From contig CAVYGB010000002.1 in assembly GCA_963767925.1 (NCBI GenBank), positions 1,312,001 through 1,376,000 on the forward strand: a DNA stretch of 64,000 bases, written 5' to 3'. The position numbers were made by a program, and so were the translations under genes. Shown piece by piece: positions 27,339 to 41,241 of this stretch; within the stretch, counting starts at the first letter, position 1, and the number at the start of each line of letters is the position of its first letter. A model generated the notes under the pieces. It saw only the letters and a list, made by a program, of their open reading frames with translations. It was not told the DNA's origin and did not search any database. This DNA is from an uncultured delta proteobacterium. GTDB taxonomy: Bacteria; Myxococcota_A; Polyangia; Fen-1088.

Positions 27339-29801
27339 ATGCGCTTCCGTCCGTTTTCGTTCGCCGTCGCCCTGGCGAGCTTCTCGACGATCGCGCTCGA
27401 GCTGACGCTGACCCGCATCTTCAGCGTCACGATGTATTACCACTTCGCCTTCATGGTGGTGTCCATCGCCATGCTGGGGCTCTCCGTCTCCGGGGTGGCC
27501 ATCTACCTGCTGCCCCGCCTGTTCCAGGACCGCCGCACCCCCGCCCTGGCGGCGGTGTTCATGTTGCTGTTCGCCGGGCTTTCGCTGCTGGCGCTCAAGA
27601 CGGCGCTCGACAACCCGATCAGCCTCACCCACTGGCGCGAGAACATCGGACGCCTCGCGGCGCTCTACACCACCGCCGGCCTGGGGCTGCTGGCCTCCGG
27701 GTTCGCCATCTCGCTGGCCATCGCCGGGGCCCGCGAGCGCATCGGGCAGATCTACGCCTTCGACCTCATCGGCGCCGCGCTCGGCTGTCTGGCGGTCGTG
27801 CCCGCGGTCTCCTTCCTGACGGGGCCCGGCGCGGTGATCGCCTGCGCGGCGGTGGCGGGGCTGTCGGCCGTGCTCTTCGCCCTGTCGGCGCCCGCTCGCG
27901 GCAACGGCGGCCACCTCCGGCTGGGGCTGGCCGGCCTGGGCGCGGTCACGCTGGTCGGGCTGGGCTTCCTGGCCGCGACCGAGGGGACCGCGCTCCGCTT
28001 CGGCGCCGCCCGCAACCCGAGCAAGTTCCTCGGCAACCGCCCGGTGCTGTTCGAGAAGTGGAACGCCATCTCCCAGATCACGGTCGCCCCGGCGGGCCGC
28101 GACGACCACCGCTGGATCTTCATCGACGCCGACGCGGCCACCCGCATCTGGTCGGGGGCGATCAAGAACGACGGCTACCAGGCGCCCCGCCGCTACGGCG
28201 AGGTGCGGGTGGCGGCGCTGGTCTACACCCTCCGCAACGACAAGACCGCCCTCATCATCGGACCAGGCGGCGGCACCGACGTCATCTCCGCCCTCTCGCA
28301 CGGCGTTCCCAAGGTGGTCGGTGTCGAGGTCAACCCGATCATCGTCAACAACGTGGTCAAGGGCGCCTTCGCCGACTTCGCCGGTGACCTCTACCGCGAC
28401 CCGCGGGTCCACGTGGTCGTCGACGAGGGGCGCAGCTACATCCGCCGCTCCGATGAGCTGTACGGCTCGATCCAGGCGACCCTCGTCGACACCTGGGCGG
28501 CCTCCTCCTCCGGGGCCTTCACCCTCTCCGAGAACAACATCTACACGGTCGAGGCCTTCGAGGAGTTCCTCGGGCGCCTCACCCCCGGCGGCATCATCTC
28601 CGTCACCCGCTGGTACGACGGCGCCCGGCCCAAGGAGTTCCTGCGGCTCATCGCCCTGGCCCGCGAGGCGCTCGAGCGCCGCGGGGTGGCCCCGGCCGAC
28701 GCCCACCGCCACTTCGTCCTCGCCACCGACCGCGAGCGCCGCGGGACGCTCATGCTCAACCGCGACCCCTACACCGCCGCCGAGGTGCAGACCCTCGCCG
28801 ACAAGGCGGCCGAAGGCTCGCTCCAGCTCCTCTACGCGCCCAGCCGGCCCACGGGACCCCAGGCCGGCACGGGGGCCCGCAACGTGGCCGACGAGGACGA
28901 CCTGCTGGCGGCCTTCTTGCGAGCGCCCTCGGCGGCCACCTTCCTGCAAGGCCTCTCCTACGACGCCAGCCCCACCACCGATGACCGGCCCTTCTTCTTT
29001 TACAACCTGCGGCTGAGCGACCTGTCGTCGATCCTCGGGCGGCTGGGCTCGGTGGAGATCAACAACCTGGGGGTGGCCATCCTCCTGCTCCTGCTGATCC
29101 TCTCGGCCGCCCTCACCCTCGTGCTGGTCGTGTTGCCCCTGGCCCTGTTCGAGCGGCGGGGGCTGGCGGCGGGCGAACGCGGGCGCAAGCTGCGCCTCCT
29201 GATGTACTTTCTGACGCTGGGGCTCGGCTTCATCCTCGTCGAGCTCGGGTTCATGCAGACCTTCGTGCTCTTCCTGGGGCACCCCATCTACGCCCTCGCG
29301 GTCGTGCTGGCCGGCCTGCTGTGCGCGAGCGGCCTGGGCAGCGCCCTGTCGGGCTGGGGTACGCGCCGCTTCGGAGTGCAGGGGTACGCCCGGCGCACGA
29401 TCGGCGCGCTGGCGGTGGTCCTCATCGTCTACGCCTTCGTGCTCACGCCCCTGTTCCGGGCGCTGCTGGGGCTGCCCCTGCCGGCCCGGGTCGGGCTGGC
29501 CCTCGTCCTGGTGTTCCTGCCCGGTCTGCTGATGGGGGCGCTGCTGCCCAGCGGGGTGCGCGCGGCCCAGAGCTTCGGGCCCGGCACGGTGGCCTGGTGC
29601 TGGGGCCTCAACGGCTCGGCCAGCGTCGTGGGGTCCATCCTCGCCGTCATGCTGTCGATGAACTTCGGCTTCACCGCGGCGCTGCTGCTCGGCATCGGCG
29701 TCTACCTCGTCGGCCTGTTGCTGCTGCCGAACGTCGCCGCCGGTCCCGCGGGCGCGACAACGGCTGCGACCGCGCCCATCGCGGCCCCGCCCCCCGCCTG
29801 A
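27339..29801 (+). CDS. Multi-TM membrane protein with central spermidine-synthase-like SAM domain
   Basis: ELTLTRIFS, IYAFDLIGA, LIIGPGGGTD, VEVNP, DEGRSYI, TDDRPFF and WGLNG motifs. Confidence 0.85.
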   Translation: MRFRPFSFAVALASFSTIALELTLTRIFSVTMYYHFAFMVVSIAMLGLSVSGVAIYLLPRLFQDRRTPALAAVFMLLFAGLSLLALKTALDNPISLTHWRENIGRLAALYTTAGLGLLASGFAISLAIAGARERIGQIYAFDLIGAALGCLAVVPAVSFLTGPGAVIACAAVAGLSAVLFALSAPARGNGGHLRLGLAGLGAVTLVGLGFLAATEGTALRFGAARNPSKFLGNRPVLFEKWNAISQITVAPAGRDDHRWIFIDADAATRIWSGAIKNDGYQAPRRYGEVRVAALVYTLRNDKTALIIGPGGGTDVISALSHGVPKVVGVEVNPIIVNNVVKGAFADFAGDLYRDPRVHVVVDEGRSYIRRSDELYGSIQATLVDTWAASSSGAFTLSENNIYTVEAFEEFLGRLTPGGIISVTRWYDGARPKEFLRLIALAREALERRGVAPADAHRHFVLATDRERRGTLMLNRDPYTAAEVQTLADKAAEGSLQLLYAPSRPTGPQAGTGARNVADEDDLLAAFLRAPSAATFLQGLSYDASPTTDDRPFFFYNLRLSDLSSILGRLGSVEINNLGVAILLLLLILSAALTLVLVVLPLALFERRGLAAGERGRKLRLLMYFLTLGLGFILVELGFMQTFVLFLGHPIYALAVVLAGLLCASGLGSALSGWGTRRFGVQGYARRTIGALAVVLIVYAFVLTPLFRALLGLPLPARVGLALVLVFLPGLLMGALLPSGVRAAQSFGPGTVAWCWGLNGSASVVGSILAVMLSMNFGFTAALLLGIGVYLVGLLLLPNVAAGPAGATTAATAPIAAPPPA

Positions 29802-29990
29802 GCACCGGCCCCGCCTGCAACGATGAAGGCGCCCGCCACCGCCGCACTCCCCACCTGAGCACTGTCCCCGGGTCGCCGGCCAATCCGCCTCCGTAAGAGC
29901 CCCGCCTCGGGCCGGGCGCTGCCCCGACCGCCCCGGCGCTCACCGGCCCCCACGGTGGCCGAGCCGCCGCTGCTCTGACAGATTTGGCCC

Positions 29991-30836
29991 ATGGCCGTCA
30001 CGCGGGTGCTGCGGCGGGGCGATGTCTCGGTGGTGGACTACCGCTGCACGGCGCGGGCGGGGGACCGGCCCTTCCCCGAGCAGCACGGCAGCTTCTCCCT
30101 GTCGTACGTGTTCCGGGGCAGCTTCGGGTACCAGACGCGGGGGCGGGCCTTCGACCTGGTGGCGGGCTCGCTGCTCGTCGGCTACCTCGGCGACGAATAC
30201 CTGTGCACCCACGAGCACGCCGGCGGCGACGCCTGCCTGTCGTTCTCCCTGGCGCCTGCGCTTGTCGACGCCGTGGGGGGCAAGGCGTCGCTGTGGCGGG
30301 CGGCCTGCGTGGCGCCGCTGCCCCAGCTCATGGTGCTGGGCGAGCTCGGCCAGGCGGCGGCGGCCGGTCGCAGCGACGTCGCCCTCGACGAGGTGGGGCT
30401 GCTGCTGGCCGCGCGGTTCGTCGAGCTGGCCAGCGGGCGGACGCGACAAGCCCAGGCGGCCTCTGCGCGCGACCGGCGCCGGGCGGTGGAGGCGGCCCTC
30501 TGGATCGACGCGAACGCCGCCGAGCCGGTCGCGCTCGCGGCGGCGGCGCGCCAGGTGGACCTCAGCCCCTTTCACTTCTTGCGCCTGTTCTCGGCGGTCC
30601 TCGGCGTGACCCCCCACCAGTACCTGGTGCGCGCGCGCCTGCGCCACGCCGCCCGGCTGCTGGCCGACCGCGACCGCGGCCGTTCGATCGCGCAGGTCGC
30701 CTTCCGGGTCGGCTTCGGCGACCTCTCCAACTTCGTCCGCACCTTCCACCGGGCCGCCGGCGTCTCCCCCCGCGCCTTCCGCCAGGCGGCCCGCGGCGAC
30801 CGGGCCCTCGCCCAGGAACGCCTCGCTCATCCGTGA
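29991..30836 (+). CDS. AraC-family transcriptional regulator
   Basis: [10 protein letters not shown]...GVTPHQY and [13 protein letters not shown]...G.SP. Confidence 0.92.
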   Translation: MAVTRVLRRGDVSVVDYRCTARAGDRPFPEQHGSFSLSYVFRGSFGYQTRGRAFDLVAGSLLVGYLGDEYLCTHEHAGGDACLSFSLAPALVDAVGGKASLWRAACVAPLPQLMVLGELGQAAAAGRSDVALDEVGLLLAARFVELASGRTRQAQAASARDRRRAVEAALWIDANAAEPVALAAAARQVDLSPFHFLRLFSAVLGVTPHQYLVRARLRHAARLLADRDRGRSIAQVAFRVGFGDLSNFVRTFHRAAGVSPRAFRQAARGDRALAQERLAHP

Positions 30837-31008
30837 GGGGAGCCGAACGGCGCTCGCCCTGCAAAGGCGCCTGATACGGGCGAGTCGCGCAAACCGAGGA
30901 CCGCCCATCCCTGAGGGGAGGCAACTCGCTTGGGGGTGGCTGCGTGCCTGTCCGAGCGGATCGAGCGCCGCGAAGACCCGCAGGCTGAGCCTTCACGCCG
31001 GCGGGCGA

Positions 31009-31653
31009 TCAGGCGGCCGCGCGGCGCCCGGGGCGGCGGGCCAGGTCCATGCCGTCGCCGGCGTGGGTGAAGACCGGCGAGGGGGCCGGCCGGCGGATCG
31101 CGGCCCGGTCCTCGAAGGCGTCCGCGCCCACGATCGGCTGGCGGACGTCGAAGCCCGGCGGGTCGAGGCCAACGCCGTCCCGCCCGAGCTGGGGGCCGAC
31201 GCCGGTGCGGGCGGCGGCGGCGAGGCGGGGCTCGAGCGCGTCGCCCGGGTGGAAGGACGAAGCAGCCAGCGCGGGCGTGCGCCGGTGGGGCGCGACGTTG
31301 TCGAGCTCGCTGCCAATCGGCCCGGTGATGAGCAGCCGGGCGAAGGCGGCGCCGCGCGCGTTGACCCCGTCGACCTCGGGTCCAGCCGGCGCCAGGTAGC
31401 GGAGCGCGACCTCGCCCGGGCCGTCGAAGCCGATCTCGTATTCCCGGGGCGGCGGCGGCTCGACGCCGTCCAGGCCGAAGAAGGGCGCCATGCCGGCGCC
31501 CCGCGCCTGATAACCGTCGACGAAGTCCCCGTCGACGAGCACCTGCACCTCGGCCGCCACCTCGGGCAGGGGGGGCGCGTATTGCGACGGATCGACGTCG
31601 CGCAGGCGCGAGTCGTCCTGCAAGTAGCCGGGGTGCTGCGAATCGAGTCTCAT
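31009..31653 (-). CDS. Hypothetical protein
   Basis: Coding-like GC3 pattern on the minus strand; no recognisable motif. Confidence 0.45.
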   Translation of the reverse strand: MRLDSQHPGYLQDDSRLRDVDPSQYAPPLPEVAAEVQVLVDGDFVDGYQARGAGMAPFFGLDGVEPPPPREYEIGFDGPGEVALRYLAPAGPEVDGVNARGAAFARLLITGPIGSELDNVAPHRRTPALAASSFHPGDALEPRLAAAARTGVGPQLGRDGVGLDPPGFDVRQPIVGADAFEDRAAIRRPAPSPVFTHAGDGMDLARRPGRRAAA

Positions 31654-31829
31654 CCGGTCGGCCGCCAGTGGCGAGGTTACCTCAAGTTGGCCAGTCCGGA
31701 TCGTGACGCAACATGGCGCGCGCCCCTCGACAGGAGCGGGCAACTGTCACATTTCGAGACCCCCGCCCTGAACACCACTCATCCCCGACCCGCGCGGCGT
31801 GCGGCTTCCGGCGAGCGCGGTATGAACCA

Positions 31830-34878
<3,049 letters not shown>

Positions 34879-34985
34879 GGCTGTGCTCGTGCGGGCTTCC
34901 GGAGCTTTGCTGGCTCTCTGGCCAGCAGCGAGGAGGCCTGCTGAAAGATCTGCACCCGGGATGGGCAGCAGTCGCGGGTAGCGAA

Positions 34986-36162
<1,177 letters not shown>

Positions 36163-36166
<4 letters not shown>

Positions 36167-37271
36167 AGCCGCATCGGCATGATGACGCCGAGGTAGTCGC
36201 TGCCGTCGGCCGGCCGCACGACCGCCGGATCCAGCTCTCCGGCCAGCTCGAGCTTGACCTCGGGCGTCGCGATCTCGGTGAGCACATCGATGAAGTAGCG
36301 GGCGTTGAAGCCCACCTGCACCGGGCCACCCTTGTAGTTCACCTCGAGCTCGCTCGCGCGCGTTGCCGAGGTCGGGGTTGTCCGCCTCGATGCTCAGGCG
36401 CCCCTTGTCGAGGGCCACCCGCACGCCCATGGTCTTGTCCGAGGCCATGATGGACACCCGGCGGAAGGCGTCGAGCAGCTCGTCCCGGGGCACGGTGACG
36501 ACCTTGTCGTTCTCCTTGGGGATGACCTGCTCGTAGGGCGGGAACTGCCCCTCGTTGAGCTTCACGGTCAGGGCGATGCTCGTCGGCCCGCAGGAGGAAG
36601 TGCCCCTGGTGAAACGCCGATCTCGCAGGGCTTGTCTCGCCCCTCGAGCACCCGCCGAATCTCGGCCACGCCCTTGCGCGGGATGAGCACGCCCCGCTCG
36701 AGCACCGGTCCGCCCGGCAGCTCGCGCCCCACCTTGGACAGCCGGTGGCCATCGGTCGAGACCATCCGGGCCTGCTTGCCGTCCGATTCGAACAGCACGC
36801 CGGCCAGGTGCTGGCGGGTCTCATCGGTCGAGACCGAGAAGGCGGTCTTGGCGAACATGTCGCGCAGCACGGCCGATTCGACCGGCGTGAGCTGGGCCTC
36901 GGCCACCGCGGGAAGCTTGGGGAACTCCCGGTCGGCCATGCCGACCAGCTTGAACTCGGCCCGCCCGCCCCGGATCTCGGCCCAGTTCTGCTCGTTGCGG
37001 CGAAGGTGGACCTCCTCGCCGGCCAGGCCCTTGACGATCTCGTGGAACTGCCGCGCGCCGAGGGTGAGGCCCGCCGCTCGCCTCGATCTTCGCAGGCAGG
37101 AGCGCCATCACGGAGATGGTCAGGTCGGTGGCCGCGCAGAGCAGATGCGTCCTTGCCTTCCGTCCGGCACAGGACGTTGGCCAGGATGGCCATGGTGCTC
37201 TTGCGGTCGGCGATTCCGGACGCGAGGTAAAGACCTTTGAGGAGCTGGTTCTTCTCGATTCGGAATTCCAT
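36163..37271 (-). CDS. dnaN: DNA polymerase III beta sliding clamp (frameshifted)
   Basis: ATDL, DETR, VSTDGHRL, FPPYEQVIP and C-terminal IMPMRL. Confidence 0.93.
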
Positions 37272-37344
37272 GGCACTTGCTCTCGGTCAGGGCGCGCCGG
37301 TCTGCGATCGACTCCGTGTCGTGCGCGCGGCGCAGCGCTCGAGG

Positions 37345-37640
37345 AACAGCAAACAATTACACGGTCTCTTCTTCCTATAAAGAGAAGATCTTAATAGAAG
37401 AAGCAGTAGCAGAAGTGGTGTGGATGGCCGGTGATCACCGCGCTCACCGACGGTCGCGAGGGTGCTCCAGGCTGTTGAGAACCTGGTGAGACGCGCCGGG
37501 GATAAAGGTGTGGAGAGCCGGGGTCCCGATCGTGAACAGGCCGTGCACAGAGTTGTGCACAGGCGCCTGTGGAAGGTGTGGCGCCGACGTGACGCAACCG
37601 TCGGGCACGCGCCGACCCGCCGGCGGATGTGAATGCCGGG
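37345..37640. other. Chromosomal replication origin oriC (AT-rich DUE, DnaA-trios, DnaA boxes)
   Basis: AT-rich 37350-37394; seven NAG trios at 37395-37415; adjacent box TGTGGATGG at 37419; further degenerate boxes at ~37497, 37509, 37553 and 37568; dnaA-dnaN intergenic position. Confidence 0.8.
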
Positions 37641-37765
37641 GGTCGGGGAGGACACGTTCCAGGCGCACGCAGGTGCCTCAAGCGCCTCCCTCGAGTCTCG
37701 GGTAGGGACGCAGGGTGGGCCGCCCGTCGATGGAGCGCTGGGACCGCTGCACGGCGAACGCCGGA

Positions 37766-37812
37766 GCCCCTCACCCCATCCCTCTCCCCGCTGCCGCGGG
37801 GCGAGGGCGAAC
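37766..37812 (+). repeat. REP-like palindromic element, copy 2
   Basis: Matches 32225-32271 and 46123-46171. Confidence 0.8.
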
Positions 37813-37825
37813 AGACGGCGGGGTG

Positions 37826-38040
37826 GCCCGATTGTCGTTGGGGGCCGGGCGCGGAGGGAGGGCGAACAAGCCCCGATGTCGTTCGGGCCGGGCGCGGAGA
37901 GGGCGAACAAGCCCCGATTGTCGTTCGGGCCGGGCGCGGAGGGAGGGCGAACAAGCCCCGATTGTCGTTCGGGGGCCGGGCGCGGAGGGAGGGCGAACAA
38001 GCCCGATTGTCGTTCGGGCCGGGCGCGGAGGGAGGGCGAA
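37826..38040. repeat. Tandem array of five ~40-46-bp units
   Basis: Unit GCCCCGATTGTCGTTCGGGCCGGGCGCGGAGGGAGGGCGAACAA starting at 37826, 37870, 37911, 37955 and 38001; no unique spacers. Confidence 0.9.
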
Positions 38041-38079
38041 TGAGCGGCGGGGTGCCCCCGGCTGGAACGCCCCCGGCGG

Positions 38080-39496
38080 CTACAGCTCGCGCAGGTGGCC
38101 TTCGAGGGTGTTGATGACGCTGCGGTGGGCGGGGTCGGTGCCGGCCAGGCGCTCGATCTTGCGGACGGCGCTGATGACCGTGGAGTGGTCCTTGCCCCCG
38201 AAGCGGCTGCCGATCTCGGGGTAGCTCATCGAGGTGAGCTGGCGGGCCAGGTACATCGCCACCATGCGCGGGTGGGCACACCGCCCGGTGGCGCTTGGGG
38301 CCCTTGAGGTCGTGCAGCTTGACCCCGAAGTAGCTCGCCACCTCGCGCTGGATGGCCTCGATGGTCAGACCGGGCGGCGTGGTGGGGATGAAGTTGCGTA
38401 GCGTCTCCTCGGCCAGCTCGCGCGTGATGGTGCGCCCCTCGATCGAGGCCCGCGCGGCCAGGCGGGTCAGGGCCCCCTCCAGCTCGCGGACGTTCGACTT
38501 GACCTGGGCGCCCAGGTACAGCGCCACGTCGTCGGGGATGACCAGGTTCTCGAGCTCGGCCTTGCGCTTGAGGATCGCCACCCGGGTCTCGAGGTCGGGC
38601 TGCCCGATCTCGGCGATGAGGCCCCAGGTGAACCGGCTGCGCAGGCGATCTTCCAGCCCCGGCAGCTCGCCCGGCAGCTTGTCGCAGGTGAGGACGATCT
38701 GCTTGTGGGCGTGGTGGAGGGCGTTGAACGTGTGAAAGAACTCGTCCTGCGAGCTGTCCTTGTTCGAGAGGAACTGGATGTCGTCGATGAGCAGGACGTC
38801 CGGATCCTCGCGATACCGTTTTCGGAATTCTTCCATCAACCCCACGCCCCCCTGGCGGCGGCCATTGGTCATCGCGCCGATGAACTCGGTCACGAACCGC
38901 TCGCAGGTGACGCAGACGATCTTCCACTCGGGGTGCTGCCGCCAGATCTCCTTGCCGACCGCGTGCAGCAGGTGGGTCTTGCCGAGGCCGACCCCCCCGT
39001 AGATGAACAGCGGGTTCCACTTGGAGGCCGGTGACTCGGCCACCATCCGCGCGGCGGCGTGGGCGAACTGGTTGGTGGGCCCAACCACGAACTTCTCGAA
39101 GGTGTAGCGGGTGTTCAGGCTGCGGGGGGGCTCTGACTCGCGCAGGCCCACCGTACCCGGTGCACCGAAGCCTGGTAGGCCACCGGCCCGCAAGGACGAT
39201 GCGCCATCGGAGTCGTCCCCTCTGACCAGGTCCTGGCCGGGCTGCACCAGCAACGGGTCCGCGTCGATCTCGAAATCGACCGAAAACTGGCGCTGCGTGC
39301 GGGTTTGCAGGTTCTCCAGGATGAAAGGCAGGAAGTTATCCTCGAACCACTCCTTGTGGTAGCGGTTGGGCGCCCGGAGGCGGATGCGGCCCTCGGTGAT
39401 GCCGAGGCACTCGATGGGCCTCAGCCAATGATCGCGCTGCGCTGGTTTGACCAGCGGCTCGATGGATCGGACGACTTCTCCCCATAACTCAAGCAT
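38080..39496 (-). CDS. dnaA: Chromosomal replication initiator DnaA (one frameshift near 38278)
   Basis: [30 protein letters not shown] and domain [14 protein letters not shown]. Confidence 0.96.
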
Positions 39497-39497
39497 G

Positions 39498-39506
39498 TTA
39501 TCCACA
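39498..39506 (+). promoter_or_regulatory. Perfect DnaA box TTATCCACA immediately upstream of the dnaA start
   Basis: Exact consensus match, 1 nt from the ATG (39494-39496). Confidence 0.8.
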
Positions 39507-40244
39507 GGGTGCGGCACGTAAAAAACGCAGTAATCCCCGAAGCCTCCGGGCCGGTCTCCACGTTCTGACAACAGGGGGAGACTACGGGCAATCGATGGAC
39601 ACCCTTGGTGTCGGTGTTGGGGCGACGGAGGCGAGGGAACAACTGCCGAGGCGTTCTGATACCAGAACGTCAGAAAGGGCAGCAAGCGCCCTGCGGTCCG
39701 CCTTCGCACATCGCTGAAATCATGACCGTTTTTTCATTTCGCCCGCCGGGGCAGAACCAGGTCTTGGCGACGTGCACGAACCTACATCGACCCTAACCAT
39801 CTGAAACTGCAGCAGATACGGACCGGGTCAGAATCCGGATCCCCGGCGGGGCGGCTAACTCCGGGAGCAGACGGCGTGGGCCTCGTGCAGCCCGCATGAC
39901 ATGCGGCTTTGCGCGATCGGCGGGTACCGTAGCGTCAAGGTCTCCGACGGGTGGGAGGTTTCACCAGAGGATCCGGCGCGTCACAGTCCCGTCGCTGACG
40001 GGCGTCGCATTTCTGACGGTGGCCATTTCTTCCTGTCGGGCCAGGTCGTTACATACGTACACCGTCGGTGGGTACAGGCCTTCCCGGTGTGCGCCGTTAC
40101 ACACATCGATACCCCGCGGCAACGCGGGACCTGGCACCTGGCCGGGTGGTCCGGTGGCCCCCAGTCGGGTGTATCGAGTTGTCACCCGAGGTCGCCCGGC
40201 CGGCCCCCCGCCGGGACCGGATGTGACGATGTGCTGGGGGCGCG

Positions 40245-40273
40245 TTGACAGGTGCCCGCCCTGGTGCTAGTTC
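40245..40273 (+). promoter_or_regulatory. sigma70 promoter of the rpmH operon
   Basis: TTGACA-N17-TAGTTC with a TG extended -10. Confidence 0.6.
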
Positions 40274-40310
40274 ACACCTCCCCGATGGGGAGGAGAGCTC
40301 GGAGGAACCC

Positions 40311-40460
40311 GTGAAGCAGACGTTTCAGCCGCACCGCAAAAGTCGACTACGCACCCATGGGTTCCGGAAGCGGATGAGCACCAAGGCCGGCCGCGAGATA
40401 ATCAAGCGCCGCCGGCGCAAGGGTCGCCACCAGCTCACCGTCAGCATCTCCGAGAAGTAG
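40311..40460 (+). CDS. rpmH: 50S ribosomal protein L34
   Basis: KQTFQP...[23 protein letters not shown] and GTG start. Confidence 0.95.
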   Translation: MKQTFQPHRKSRLRTHGFRKRMSTKAGREIIKRRRRKGRHQLTVSISEK

Positions 40461-40483
40461 CGTCTTCGGAAGGCTCCAGGAGG

Positions 40484-40888
40484 GTGGCCACTACGCGCCA
40501 GGCCGGTGGTCCCCATGCTGGTCGGGCGGAGACCTTCCCCCGGGAAGGGCGCCTGCGCCGCCGGGTCGACTACCTGGCCGTGCAGCAGGCGGCCCAGCAG
40601 CCGGACGGACGCCGGGTCTCGGGCCGCAACTTCCTGCTGCTGGCGCGCCGTCGCGCCGGCGCCAAACCGCAACCCGCCCGGCTCGGCATCACCGTGAGCC
40701 GCAAGGTGGGAAACGCGGTCGCGCGCAACCGCGTGAAGCGCTGGGTGCGCGAGAGTTACCGGCGCCTGCCTGGCCCCCAACCCGCCGGGCAGGATTTGGT
40801 GCTGATCGCCCGCCCCGGGGCGGCGGATCGCGATTTCCGGACCACCAGCGCCGAGATCGCCTCGCTCTTGCGGCGCTTGCGGACATGA
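40484..40888 (+). CDS. rnpA: Ribonuclease P protein component
   Basis: RLGITVSRKVGNAVARNRVKR. Confidence 0.95.
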   Translation: MATTRQAGGPHAGRAETFPREGRLRRRVDYLAVQQAAQQPDGRRVSGRNFLLLARRRAGAKPQPARLGITVSRKVGNAVARNRVKRWVRESYRRLPGPQPAGQDLVLIARPGAADRDFRTTSAEIASLLRRLRT

Positions 40889-41235
40889 CTGCGCGGTTCC
40901 GAGCGGCCATGATTGGGCCAGCGAACGTGAACGCGTATGCCACCGACCCCCCTTCGCCGGTGATGCCCGGGCGGCGCCCGTCGGCGATCGCGCGGGCCAT
41001 GTTCTTTGCCATCCGGATGTACCGGCTCCTGCTCGGCCCGATGCTGGGTCCGAGCTGCCGCTACATCCCGACCTGCTCGCATTACACCGAGGAGGCGATC
41101 CGCACCTGGGGACCGTGGCGGGGCCTGGCGCTGGGCGCCTGGCGAATCGCGCGCTGTCACCCCTTCTGCGCCGGCGGGCTCGACCCGGTTCCCGCGCGCG
41201 GGCAGCCCAAACCCGACACCTTGCCCCTGGGATAG
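40885..41235 (+). CDS. yidD: Membrane protein insertion efficiency factor
   Basis: CRYIPTCSHY and RCHPF..GG.DPVP. Confidence 0.93.
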   Translation: MTARFRAAMIGPANVNAYATDPPSPVMPGRRPSAIARAMFFAIRMYRLLLGPMLGPSCRYIPTCSHYTEEAIRTWGPWRGLALGAWRIARCHPFCAGGLDPVPARGQPKPDTLPLG

Positions 41236-41241
41236 ACCGTC

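Noticed and set aside
25413..29282. 1289-aa minus-strand ORF
   Set aside because: Antisense shadow of two motif-bearing plus-strand genes in high-GC DNA
37826..38040. Possible CRISPR array
   Set aside because: Units are head-to-tail with no unique spacers, and no cas genes are present
37391..39709. 772-aa DnaA with long extensions
   Set aside because: Artefact of an upstream start choice and a single-base indel near 38278; the true domain IV lies in 38080..38265
39510..40244. ORFs or an ncRNA in the dnaA-rpmH gap
   Set aside because: No coding bias or recognisable RNA motif; no tRNA or rRNA signature was seen here or elsewhere in the window
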